Source of the DNA: Botryllus schlosseri
Lineage: Eukaryota
Assembly: GCA_051294905.1 (NCBI GenBank)
Contig: CM119371.1
Location: 18,850,001-18,914,000 of the forward strand
DNA: 64,000 nt
Direction: 5' to 3'
Position 1 is the stretch's first letter, and every line of letters begins with the position of its first letter. Below the pieces are notes generated by a model, which was not told the DNA's origin, made no database searches, and saw nothing but the letters and a program-made list of their open reading frames with translations. This document shows positions 1 through 11,136 of this stretch, in pieces. The translations under genes and the position numbers were made by a program.

Positions 1-309
1 CAAGTCGAAATACAAGCAATTACTACTAAATAAATACAGTACATCCTCAAGATTACCGGACCACGACTGACCTATCGATCTCGCTTCCCATGACATGCCG
101 CCCTATTTCTTGTCGCATTCTTTTTCTATACTATCTTCTTTACTTTCATTCAGTGTGCATGCCTCCTCTTTACATCGCCTAGGCCAAGGTGGGTGTCAGA
201 TTCCATGGACTACTCCTTGTCGCTTCGACATCTTCCTGTCTTTTCATTGTATCGCATTTTTGTGGTGTATTGAACTGATAAAATTGCTAATAAACCAATG
301 ATGATGATG
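1..309 (+). mobile_element. LINE 3' fragment (partial copy at window edge)
   Basis: Matches 4721-5029; ends AATAAACCA(ATG)n. Confidence 0.8.
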
Positions 310-397
310 ATGAAGTATCGCGCGAAATTTGTAATTGTAGTCGGCCTAACGCATTTTCATTATATCGCAATCGTCTTAGAGAAACGGACAATGTCAC

Positions 398-403
398 ATA
401 AAA
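398..403 (+). promoter_or_regulatory. TATA-like upstream element (ATAAAA within TGTCACATAAAACGGCA) at about -30 of the 5S genes
   Basis: Conserved at the same distance upstream of essentially all units although the spacer classes otherwise differ. Confidence 0.6.
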
Positions 404-427
404 CGGCAGAAACTGTCTCCATCTGTC

Positions 428-545
428 GCCTACGACCATACCACGTTGAATATACCCGATCTCGTCCGATCTCGGAAGTCAAGTAACGTTGGGCCCGGTT
501 AGTACTTGCATGGGTGACCGGCTGGGAATACCGGGTGTAGTAGGC
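428..545 (+). rRNA. 5S rRNA gene (representative unit, short-spacer class)
   Basis: GCCTACGACCATACC...GATCTCGTCCGATC...GGTTAGTACTTG.ATGGGTGACC..CTGGGAATACCGGGTG..GTAGGC matches the eukaryotic 5S pattern; 118-nt core followed by GGC and a T-run. Confidence 0.97.
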
Positions 546-548
546 GGC

Positions 549-562
549 TTTTTCATTTTTTT
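549..562 (+). terminator. Pol III oligo-T terminator (representative)
   Basis: TTTTTCATTTTTTT directly after the 5S 3' end; a T4 or longer run follows every unit. Confidence 0.85.
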
Positions 563-902
563 CGCACAAACTCGATCAATTTGATCGCTGCGCTGTATTC
601 ACGTATGAAGTATCGCGCGAAATTTGTAATTGTAGTCGGCCTAACACATTTTCATGATATCGAAATCTCGTGCTGTTTTGACATGACGAAAATTCCAATA
701 AAATAACTACTCTGACAGCGAGAGCTTACTTGTCTGTTTTTCGACCAGACACAAGAACAGAGCAGGACGCCAATGATATTCGACCTCTTGTTGGTCAGAA
801 AGTGCCTCGGCGCAATAAGACTATCTATACTATTCTGGCGTCTCGTCGACAGCATGGCGACGGAAATTGTCACATAAAACGGCACAGATCGTAACCACTG
901 TC

Positions 903-1020
903 GCCTACGACCATACCACGTTGAATATACCCGATCTCGTCCGATCTCGGAAGTCAAGCAACGTTGGGCCCGGTTAGTACTTGCATGGGTGACCGGCTGG
1001 GAATACCGGGTGTAGTAGGC
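903..1020 (+). rRNA. 5S rRNA gene (long-spacer class)
   Basis: Same 118-nt core, AAGCAAC variant. Confidence 0.97.
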
Positions 1021-1375
1021 GGCTTTTTCATTTTTTTCGCACAAACTCGATCAATTTGATCGCTGCGCTGTATTCACGTATGAAGTATCGCGCGAAATTT
1101 GTAATTGTAGTCGGCCTAACACATTTTCATGATATCGCAATCTCGTGCTGTTTTGACATGACGAAAATTCCAATAAAATAACTACTCTGACAGCGAGAGC
1201 TTACTTGTCTGTTTTTCGACCAGACACAAGAACAGAGCAGGACGACAATGATATTCGACTTCTAGTTGGTCAGAAAGTGCCTCGGCGCAATAAGACTATC
1301 TACTATTCTGGCGTCTCGTCGACAGCATGGCGACGGAAATTGTCACATAAAACGGCACAGATCGTAACCACTGTC

Positions 1376-1453
1376 GCCTACGACCATACCACGTTGAATA
1401 TACCCGATCTCGTCCGATCTCGGAAGTCAAGCAATGTTTGGCCCGGTTAGTAC
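1376..1453 (+). pseudogene. 5' part of 5S gene interrupted by Tx1-like copy 1
   Basis: 5S nt 1-78, then retrotransposon ORF2 sequence; the gene resumes at nt 69 at 4059. Confidence 0.93.
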
Positions 1454-4058
1454 GACGGCATTAATTCGTACGATCAAGACGAATATCTATCATCGTACCA
1501 ACACGACTGCATGCACGGGAAAGACAATGAACAAACATCGGTAATACAATCTAGCGAAATATTACAAATACTAAAAGCAATGAACAGGGAAAGGTCACCG
1601 GGTTTCGACGGCCTGACAGTGGAATTCTACCTTGCAATGTGGCAAAACATTGGCTCGAGATTAACAGAAATCATAAACAACGCGCTAATATACGGAAACA
1701 TACCGCATAGCTGGAAACGTGCTAAAATTATTTTGATTCACAAAGGAAAGGACAAAAAGGATTTAGCGAACTGGCGACCCATTTCGCTATTAAACACGGA
1801 CTACAAAATAATGGCGAAAATTCTCAACAACAGACTGGTTGAGGAAATTTCGAGCAACATCAACATGACACAGAAAGCGGGAATTCCCGGAAGACAAATG
1901 GACGTGATACACAACAATGTGAGTGCAATTGTTAATTATCATCAAGAAAAACCTTTGGAAGGTTATATAATGACAATAGACGCAAGGAAAGCCTTTGATA
2001 AGGTAAATCACCAAATGCTCTTCAAAGTGCTTGGTAAACTGCCCGTCACGAGAGAAACTCTTAAAGTGATCAAAGCTATATATGATAATCCTATTGCGAC
2101 CCTCGAGGTTAACGGCCTCCAAGCAGCCAACGTAAATTGTACGAGGGGCATTAGACAAGGATGTCCTTTGAGTATGACGCTATACGCGATTAGCGCAGAC
2201 CCGCTAGCCCACAAATTATGCACTAACGACAACATCAAGGGTATCCGAATCGGCGGGATAGAGCATAAATTAGACCAATTTGCTGATGACGTCACACTGT
2301 ATCTAAGAACAACTGACTCTATTGCCACAGTCATTAACGAATATCAAAGCTTGCACAGAGTGACAGGTCAAGATATCAACACAGACAAGACGGAAATCCT
2401 ACCGCTGAACGAAAAATCGCGTATCAAACTGCAAAAAACTGCGCACGCAGATATGCTAAAGCCAGTAATTAAGATACTGGGCCTATACCACGGTGAAAGC
2501 GAACTGCAAATGAACTTCGACAGACTCTGGCAAGGAGTCGAGAAAAGCGTAAGGCATATTAAATCAAAACGACTTTCTTGGATTGGTAAAATAATGGCGA
2601 TTAAGGCATACATAATTAGCAAAATAACTTATACATATGCCAACAAGCAAATTCCAGGTGACAAGCTCAAGCAACTCGAACGCCTCGTCTTCGGCCTACT
2701 GTGGAGTCCTGAGAAACTCGAGCAAAAAAGCAGAATGCAACTGATCAGACCTAAGCCAGAAGGAGGGATTGATATGCCAGATATCGAATCTGCAACACAA
2801 GCAAAGAGAGCAAAAAGACTACAACAACTTAGTCGACTCGAGAACCCGATTGATATCTGGCATGCAGAAGCGATATACAATCTCACAACGAAGGTGAGCG
2901 ACATAAATTGCAATTTATACAACAACCTCTACCCTCACAGAAATACATTGACGGAGAAATGGAAGAAAGAAAAGGAAATATTCGACGTAATTAAAAGTCA
3001 ATCACAGGATATACAAGAACTAAGCCAGAAAGAAATGTACCAGATCCTTGTTAAAACAAAGACGCAACAAGAAGGAAGCCGCATGGCGGACTGGAAAGAG
3101 ATATGGCTATACCAGCCCAATATCAAAGATCACATTGACAACAAGAAACGTGAGATTTCTTATCGCATTAACACTGAGAGCTACTTTACAGGCTCCAGAA
3201 AAACCAACGCAGGCTGGGTACGAAGAAAAGACGCCTACTTGAAAAACAAATGCAAATTCTGCCAACACGCCGAAGATACTCTGCGTCACACCTTCGCCGA
3301 ATGCGCAACTTACAAAAAACTGTTCTCTCTTGTAATACAGGATCTCGAGAACGACCTGCAAACGACTATTGACGCTACACCCGACGAGATCATACGCAAC
3401 GTCTACGACGGACCGCAAGCTCCGACTATAATAAAAGCTTTTATGAACGTGAAAACCCTTGTGTGGGAATGGAAAAATGCACTCGACATACAAAATGAAT
3501 ACGCCCAAAATATTGACGAACGCATCAACGATATAAGAAGTAAAATATACCGAATAATTTAAGCGAGCCCATTAAACGCTCGCGCGATAAATTGTATTGT
3601 AGTTATCGACCCACAAAACCCAACCAATCCACCTACCACCTATCCCCCCCCCAAACCTCCCATCCCATCCCTCTTTACCTCAACCCTAAACAACAAACCC
3701 CCCCACCCCCCACCCCCCCACCCCCCGCCCCCCCCCACCCCTACCCAATCCACCCCTAACCCTACCATATTCCTACCCCACCCCTCACCACGCCACCAAA
3801 TTTATATGAAAAACACACGCAAACGAGCGCCAAGTACTGGCGGCTCCTACTACGACCGCAACAACGAATCGACATCGACTGATGCGATGAGATGAGCCGA
3901 GCGACTACGAGCGCCAACCTACGACGGCGTCTACCACGACAGCGAATAAGAATCCGACTTCGGCAACGGCTGAGACGAGATGAACCGATGATGGGGAAAG
4001 ATTTTCTTTATGAAATTTTTGATATTTTATGTACATACTTGAATAAACATCACTAAAA
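1454..4058 (+). mobile_element. 5S-targeting L1/Tx1-clade non-LTR retrotransposon, copy 1 (5'-truncated)
   Basis: Matches the 3' half of 14243-19527; flanked by CGGTTAGT(AC) duplication at 1444-1453 and 4059-4068; ends AATAAACATCACTAAAA. Confidence 0.95.
1511..3562 (+). CDS. Truncated ORF2: reverse transcriptase + C-terminal CCHC, endonuclease missing
   Basis: SPGFDGL, WRPISLLNTDYKI, KAFD, GIRQGCPLS, FADD, CKFC-x8-H-x4-C. Confidence 0.9.
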   Translation: MHGKDNEQTSVIQSSEILQILKAMNRERSPGFDGLTVEFYLAMWQNIGSRLTEIINNALIYGNIPHSWKRAKIILIHKGKDKKDLANWRPISLLNTDYKIMAKILNNRLVEEISSNINMTQKAGIPGRQMDVIHNNVSAIVNYHQEKPLEGYIMTIDARKAFDKVNHQMLFKVLGKLPVTRETLKVIKAIYDNPIATLEVNGLQAANVNCTRGIRQGCPLSMTLYAISADPLAHKLCTNDNIKGIRIGGIEHKLDQFADDVTLYLRTTDSIATVINEYQSLHRVTGQDINTDKTEILPLNEKSRIKLQKTAHADMLKPVIKILGLYHGESELQMNFDRLWQGVEKSVRHIKSKRLSWIGKIMAIKAYIISKITYTYANKQIPGDKLKQLERLVFGLLWSPEKLEQKSRMQLIRPKPEGGIDMPDIESATQAKRAKRLQQLSRLENPIDIWHAEAIYNLTTKVSDINCNLYNNLYPHRNTLTEKWKKEKEIFDVIKSQSQDIQELSQKEMYQILVKTKTQQEGSRMADWKEIWLYQPNIKDHIDNKKREISYRINTESYFTGSRKTNAGWVRRKDAYLKNKCKFCQHAEDTLRHTFAECATYKKLFSLVIQDLENDLQTTIDATPDEIIRNVYDGPQAPTIIKAFMNVKTLVWEWKNALDIQNEYAQNIDERINDIRSKIYRII

Positions 4059-4461
4059 CGGTTAGTACTTGCATGGGTGACCGGCTGGGAATACCGGGTG
4101 TAGTAGGCGGCTTTTTCATTTTTTTCGCACAAACTCGATCAATTTGATCGCTGCGCTGTATTCACGTATGAAGTATCGCGCGAAATTTGTAATTGTAGTC
4201 GGCCTAACGCATTTTCATTATATCGCAATCGTCTTAGAGAAACGGACAATGTCACATAAAACGGCAGAAACTGTCACGATCTGTCGCCTACGACCATACC
4301 ACGTTGAATATACCCGATCTCGTCCGATCTCGGAAGTCAAGTAACGTTGGGCCCGGTTAGTACTTGCATGGGTGACCGGCTGGGAATACCGGGTGTAGTA
4401 GGCGGCTTTTTCATTTTTTTCGCACAAACTCGATCAATTTGATCGCTGCGCTGTATTCACG

Positions 4462-5029
4462 GCGTCCTAAACATTGAAGATATGCGGAAACTAGAAATCG
4501 CCAAGTTTATGTATCAGTTTCACTGCGGTCGTTGCCCCGAATACTTCAATGACTTCTTTACCTCTGAATCAAAAGCGCACAAGTACAACACACGCGCGTC
4601 CACGTCGTCCAAATATCATATGATCGACCGCGAAGATCATCGCTCCATCAAATATGCCGGACCTGATGTGTGGAACAGTATCCCGCCGGCCATCCGACAG
4701 TCGACGAGCATGTCCACATTCAAGTCGAAATACAAGCAATTACTACTAAATAAATACAGTACATCCTCAAGATTACCGGACCACGACTGACCTATCGATC
4801 TCGCTTCCCATGACATGCCGCCCTATTTCTTGTCGCATTCTTTTTCTATACTATCTTCTTTACTTTCATTCAGTGTGCATGCCTCCTCTTTACATCGCCT
4901 AGGCCAAGGTGGGTGTCAGATTCCATGGACTACTCCTTGTCGCTTCGACATCTTCCTGTCTTTTCATTGTATCGCATTTTTGTGGTGTATTGAACTGATA
5001 AAATTGCTAATAAACCAATGATGATGATG
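4462..5029 (+). mobile_element. 5'-truncated LINE (CR1/L2-group-like) 3' fragment in 5S spacer
   Basis: ORF 4482-4790 (KLEIAKFMY...HKYNTR...YAGPDVWNSIP...FKSKYK) resembles CR1/L2-group ORF2 C-termini; 3' UTR, AATAAA and (ATG)n tail; interrupts spacer ATTCACG-T-ATGAAG. Confidence 0.8.
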
Positions 5030-7496
5030 ATGAAGTATCGCGCGAAATTTGTAATTGTAGTCGGCCTAACGCATTTTCATTATATCGCAATCGTCTTAGA
5101 GAAACGGACAATGTCACATAAAACGGCAGAAACTGTCTCCATCTGTCGCCTACGACCATACCACGTTGAATATACCCGATCTCGTCCGATCTCGGAAGTC
5201 AAGTAACGTTGGGCCCGGTTAGTACTTGCATGGGTGACCGGCTGGGAATACCGGGTGTAGTAGGCGGCTTTTTCATTTTTTTCGCACAAACTCGATCAAT
5301 TTGATCGCTGCGCTGTATTCACGTATGAAGTATCGCGCGAAATTTGTAATTGTAGTCGGCCTAACACATTTTCATGATATCGAAATCTCGTGCTGTTTTG
5401 ACATGACGAAAATTCCAATAAAATAACTACTCTGACAGCGAGAGCTTACTTGTCTGTTTTTCGACCAGACACAAGAACAGAGCAGGACGCCAATGATATT
5501 CGACCTCTTGTTGGTCAGAAAGTGCCTCGGCGCAATAAGACTATCTATACTATTCTGGCGTCTCGTCGACAGCATGGCGACGGAAATTGTCACATAAAAC
5601 GGCACAGATCGTAACCACTGTCGCCTACGACCATACCACGTTGAATATACCCGATCTCGTCCGATCTCGGAAGTCAAGCAACGTTGGGCCCGGTTAGTAC
5701 TTGCATGGGTGACCGGCTGGGAATACCGGGTGTAGTAGGCGGCTTTTTCATTTTTTTCGCACAAACTCGATCAATTTGATCGCTGCGCTGTATTCACGTA
5801 TGAAGTATCGCGCGAAATTTGTAATTGTAGTCGGCCTAACACATTTTCATGATATCGCAATCTCGTGCTGTTTTGACATGACGAAAATTCCAATAAAATA
5901 ACTACTCTGACAGCGAGAGCTTACTTGTCTGTTTTTCGACCAGACACAAGAACAGAGCAGGACGACAATGATATTCGACTTCTAGTTGGTCAGAAAGTGC
6001 CTCGGCGCAATAAGACTATCTACTATTCTGGCGTCTCGTCGACAGCATGGCGACGGAAATTGTCACATAAAACGGCACAGATCGTAACCACTGTCGCCTA
6101 CGACCATACCGCGTTGAATATACCCGATCTCGTCCGATCTCGGAAGTCAAGCAACGTTGGGCCCGGTTAGTACTTGCATGGGTGACCGGCTGGGAATACC
6201 GGGTGTAGGTAGGCGGCTTTTGCATTTTTTATGCGCAAACTCGATCGTTTTGATTGCAACTGTTTTGTATGCGCACGTAGGCCTACGTACAACTATGATT
6301 GTCATCATTTGCTGGCCGCCGCTTATTTCAATTGGTAGTTATACTAGGCCTGACACATTGTCATTATATCGAAATCTCGTGCTGTTTTCACATGACGAAA
6401 AGTGCAATAAAATAACTACTCTGACAGCGAGAGCTTACTTGTGTGTTTGTCGACAAGATACAAGAACAGAGCAGGACGCCAATGATATTCGACCTCTAGT
6501 TGGTCAGAAAGTGCCTCGGCGCAATAAGACTATCTATACTATTCTGGCGTCTCGTCGACAGCATGGCGACGTAAATTGTCACTAAAAACGGCACAGATCG
6601 TAACCACTGTCGCCTACGACCATACCACGTTGAATATACCCGATCTCGTCCGATCTCGGAAGTCAAGCAATGTTTGGCCCGGTTAGTACTTGCATGGGTG
6701 ACCGGCTGGGAATACCGGGTGTAGTAGGCGGCTTTTTCATTTTTTTCGCACAAACTCGATCAATTTGATCGCTGCGCTGTATTCACGTATGAAGTATCGC
6801 GCGAAATTTGTAATTGTAGTCGGCCTAACGCATTTTCATTATATCGCAATCGTCTTAGAGAAACGGACAATGTCACATAAAACGGCAGAAACTGTCACGA
6901 TCTGTCGCCTACGACCATACCACGTTGAATATACCCGATCTCGTCCGATCTCGGAAGTCAAGTAACGTTGGGCCCGGTTAGTACTTGCATGGGTGACCGG
7001 CTGGGAATACCGGGTGTAGTAGGCGGCTTTTTCATTTTTTTCGCACAAACTCGATCAATTTGATCGCTGCGCTGTATTCACGTATGAAGTATCGCGCGAA
7101 ATTTGTAATTGTAGTCGGCCTAACGCATTTTCATTATATCGCAATCGTCTTAGAGAAACGGACAATGTCACATAAAACGGCAGAAACTGTCACGATCTGT
7201 CGCCTACGACCATACCACGTTGAATATACCCGATCTCGTCCGATCTCGGAAGTCAAGTAACGTTGGGCCCGGTTAGTACTTGCATGGGTGACCGGCTGGG
7301 AATACCGGGTGTAGTAGGCGGCTTTTTCATTTTTTTCGCACAAACTCGATCAATTTGATCGCTGCGCTGTATTCACGTATGAAGTATCGCGCGAAATTTG
7401 TAATTGTAGTCGGCCTAACGCATTTTCATTATATCGCAATCGTCTAAAAGAAACGGATAATGTCACATAAAACGGCAGAAACTGACACGATCTGTC

Positions 7497-7604
7497 GCCT
7501 ACGACCATACCACGTTGAATATACCCGATCTCGGAAGTCAAGTAACGTTGGGCCCGGTTAGTACTTGCATGGGTGACCGGCTGGGAATACCGGGTGTAGT
7601 AGGC
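7497..7604 (+). pseudogene. 5S variant with 10-bp internal deletion (representative of about 20 copies)
   Basis: CCCGATCTCGTCCGATCTCGGAAG reduced to CCCGATCTCGGAAG. Confidence 0.85.
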
Positions 7605-7662
7605 GGCTTTTTCATTTTTTTCGCACAAACTCGATCAATTTGATCGCTGCGCTGTATTCACG

Positions 7663-8230
7663 GCGTCCTAAACATTGAAGATATGCGGAAACTAGAAATC
7701 GCCAAGTTTATGTATCAGTTTCACTGCGGTCGTTGCCCCGAATACTTCAATGACTTCTTTACCTCTGAATCAAAAGCGCACAAGTACAACACACGCGCGT
7801 CCACGTCGTCCAAATATCATATGATCGACCGCGAAGATCATCGCTCCATCAAATATGCCGGACCTGATGTGTGGAACAGTATCCCGCCGGCCATCCGACA
7901 GTCGACGAGCATGTCCACATTCAAGTCGAAATACAAGCAATTACTACTAAATAAATACAGTACATCCTCAAGATTACCGGACCACGACTGACCTATCGAT
8001 CTCGCTTCCCATGACATGCCGCCCTATTTCTTGTCGCATTCTTTTTCTATACTATCTTCTTTACTTTCATTCAGTGTGCATGCCTCCTCTTTACATCGCC
8101 TAGGCCAAGGTGGGTGTCAGATTCCATAGACTACTCCTTGTCGCTTCGACATCTTCCTGTCTTTTCATTGTATCGCATTTTTGTGGTGTATTGAACTGAT
8201 AAAATTGCTAATAAACCAATGATGATGATG
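7663..8230 (+). mobile_element. Copy of LINE 3' fragment
   Basis: Near-identical to 4462-5029, same junctions. Confidence 0.8.
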
Positions 8231-10568
8231 ATGAAGTATCGCGCGAAATTTGTAATTGTAGTCGGCCTAACGCATTTTCATTATATCGCAATCGTCTTAG
8301 AGAAACGGACAATGTCACATAAAACGGCAGAAACTGTCTCCATCTGTCGCCTACGACCATACCACGTTGAATATACCCGATCTCGTCCGATCTCGGAAGT
8401 CAAGTAACGTTGGGCCCGGTTAGTACTTGCATGGGTGACCGGCTGGGAATACCGGGTGTAGTAGGCGGCTTTTTCATTTTTTTCGCACAAACTCGATCAA
8501 TTTGATCGCTGCGCTGTATTCACGTATGAAGTATCGCGCGAAATTTGTAATTGTAGTCGGCCTAACACATTTTCATGATATCGAAATCTCGTGCTGTTTT
8601 GACATGACGAAAATTCCAATAAAATAACTACTCTGACAGCGAGAGCTTACTTGTCTGTTTTTCGACCAGACACAAGAACAGAGCAGGACGCCAATGATAT
8701 TCGACCTCTTGTTGGTCAGAAAGTGCCTCGGCGCAATAAGACTATCTATACTATTCTGGCGTCTCGTCGACAGCATGGCGACGGAAATTGTCACATAAAA
8801 CGGCACAGATCGTAACCACTGTCGCCTACGACCATACCACGTTGAATATACCCGATCTCGTCCGATCTCGGAAGTCAAGCAACGTTGGGCCCGGTTAGTA
8901 CTTGCATGGGTGACCGGCTGGGAATACCGGGTGTAGTAGGCGGCTTTTTCATTTTTTTCGCACAAACTCGATCAATTTGATCGCTGCGCTGTATTCACGT
9001 ATGAAGTATCGCGCGAAATTTGTAATTGTAGTCGGCCTAACACATTTTCATGATATCGCAATCTCGTGCTGTTTTGACATGACGAAAATTCCAATAAAAT
9101 AACTACTCTGACAGCGAGAGCTTACTTGTCTGTTTTTCGACCAGACACAAGAACAGAGCAGGACGACAATGATATTCGAATTCTAGTTGGTCAGAAAGTG
9201 CCTCGGCGCAATAAGACTATCTACTATTCTGGCGTCTCGTCGACAGCATGGCGACGGAAATTGTCACATAAAACGGCACAGATCGTAACCACTGTCGCCT
9301 ACGACCATACCGCGTTGAATATACCCGATCTCGTCCGATCTCGGAAGTCAAGCAACGTTGGGCCCGGTTAGTACTTGCATGGGTGACCGGCTGGGAATAC
9401 CGGGTGTAGGTAGGCGGCTTTTGCATTTTTTATGCGCAAACTCGATCGTTTTGATTGCAACTGTTTTGTATGCGCACGTAGGCCTACGTACAACTATGAT
9501 TGTCATCATTTGCTGGCCGCCGCTTATTTCAATTGGTAGTTATACTAGGCCTGACACATTGTCATTATATCGAAATCTCGTGCTGTTTTCACATGACGAA
9601 AAGTGCAATAAAATAACTACTCTGACAGCGAGAGCTTACTTGTGTGTTTGTCGACAAGATACAAGAACAGAGCAGGACGCCAATGATATTCGACCTCTAG
9701 TTGGTCAGAAAGTGCCTCGGCGCAATAAGACTATCTATACTATTCTGGCGTCTCGTCGACAGCATGGCGACGTAAATTGTCACTAAAAACGGCACAGATC
9801 GTAACCACTGTCGCCTACGACCATACCACGTTGAATATACCCGATCTCGTCCGATCTCGGAAGTCAAGCAATGTTTGGCCCGGTTAGTACTTGCATGGGT
9901 GACCGGCTGGGAATACCGGGTGTAGTAGGCGGCTTTTTCATTTTTTTCGCACAAACTCGATCAATTTGATCGCTGCGCTGTATTCACGTATGAAGTATCG
10001 CGCGAAATTTGTAATTGTAGTCGGCCTAACGCATTTTCATTATATCGCAATCGTCTTAGAGAAACGGACAATGTCACATAAATCGGCAGAAACTGTCACG
10101 ATCTGTCGCCTACGACCATACCACGTTGAATATACCCGATCTCGTCCGATCTCGGAAGTCAAGTAACGTTGGGCCCGGTTAGTACTTGCATGGGTGACCG
10201 GCTGGGAATACCGGGTGTAGTAGGCGGCTTTTTCATTTTTTTCGCACAAACTCGATCAATTTGATCGCTGCGCTGTATTCACGTATGAAGTATCGCGCGA
10301 AATTTGTAATTGTAGTCGGCCTAACGCATTTTCATTATATCGCAATCGTCTAAAAGAAACGGATAATGTCACATAAAACGGCAGAAACTGACACGATCTG
10401 TCGCCTACGACCATACCACGTTGAATATACCCGATCTCGGAAGTCAAGTAACGTTGGGCCCGGTTAGTACTTGCATGGGTGACCGGCTGGGAATACCGGG
10501 TGTAGTAGGCGGCTTTTTCATTTTTTTCGCACAAACTCGATCAATTTGATCGCTGCGCTGTATTCACG

Positions 10569-11136
10569 GCGTCCTAAACATTGAAGATATGCGGAAACTA
10601 GAAATCGCCAAGTTTATGTATCAGTTTCACTGCGGTCGTTGCCCCGAATACTTCAATGACTTCTTTACCTCTGAATCAAAAGCGCACAAGTACAACACAC
10701 GCGCGTCCACGTCGTCCAAATATCATATGATCGACCGCGAAGATCATCGCTCCATCAAATATGCCGGACCTGATGTGTGGAACAGTATCCCGCCGGCCAT
10801 CCGACAGTCGACGAGCATGTCCACATTCAAGTCGAAATACAAGCAATTACTACTAAATAAATACAGTACATCCTCAAGATTACCGGACCACGACTGACCT
10901 ATCGATCTCGCTTCCCATGACATGCCGCCCTATTTCTTGTCGCATTCTTTTTCTATACTATCTTCTTTACTTTCATTCAGTGTGCATGCCTCCTCTTTAC
11001 ATCGCCTAGGCCAAGGTGGGTGTCAGATTCCATAGACTACTCCTTGTCGCTTCGACATCTTCCTGTCTTTTCATTGTATCGCATTTTTGTGGTGTATTGA
11101 ACTGATAAAATTGCTAATAAACCAATGATGATGATG
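10569..11136 (+). mobile_element. Copy of LINE 3' fragment
   Basis: Near-identical to 4462-5029, same junctions. Confidence 0.8.

Noticed and set aside
428..545. 5S-derived SINE (SINE3) interpretation of the units
   Set aside because: Full-length 5S with its own terminator in head-to-tail tandem, with no LINE-derived tail or TSD
1790..3508. Antisense and alternate-frame ORFs inside ORF1/ORF2 of all copies
   Set aside because: Shadow frames with no recognisable motifs
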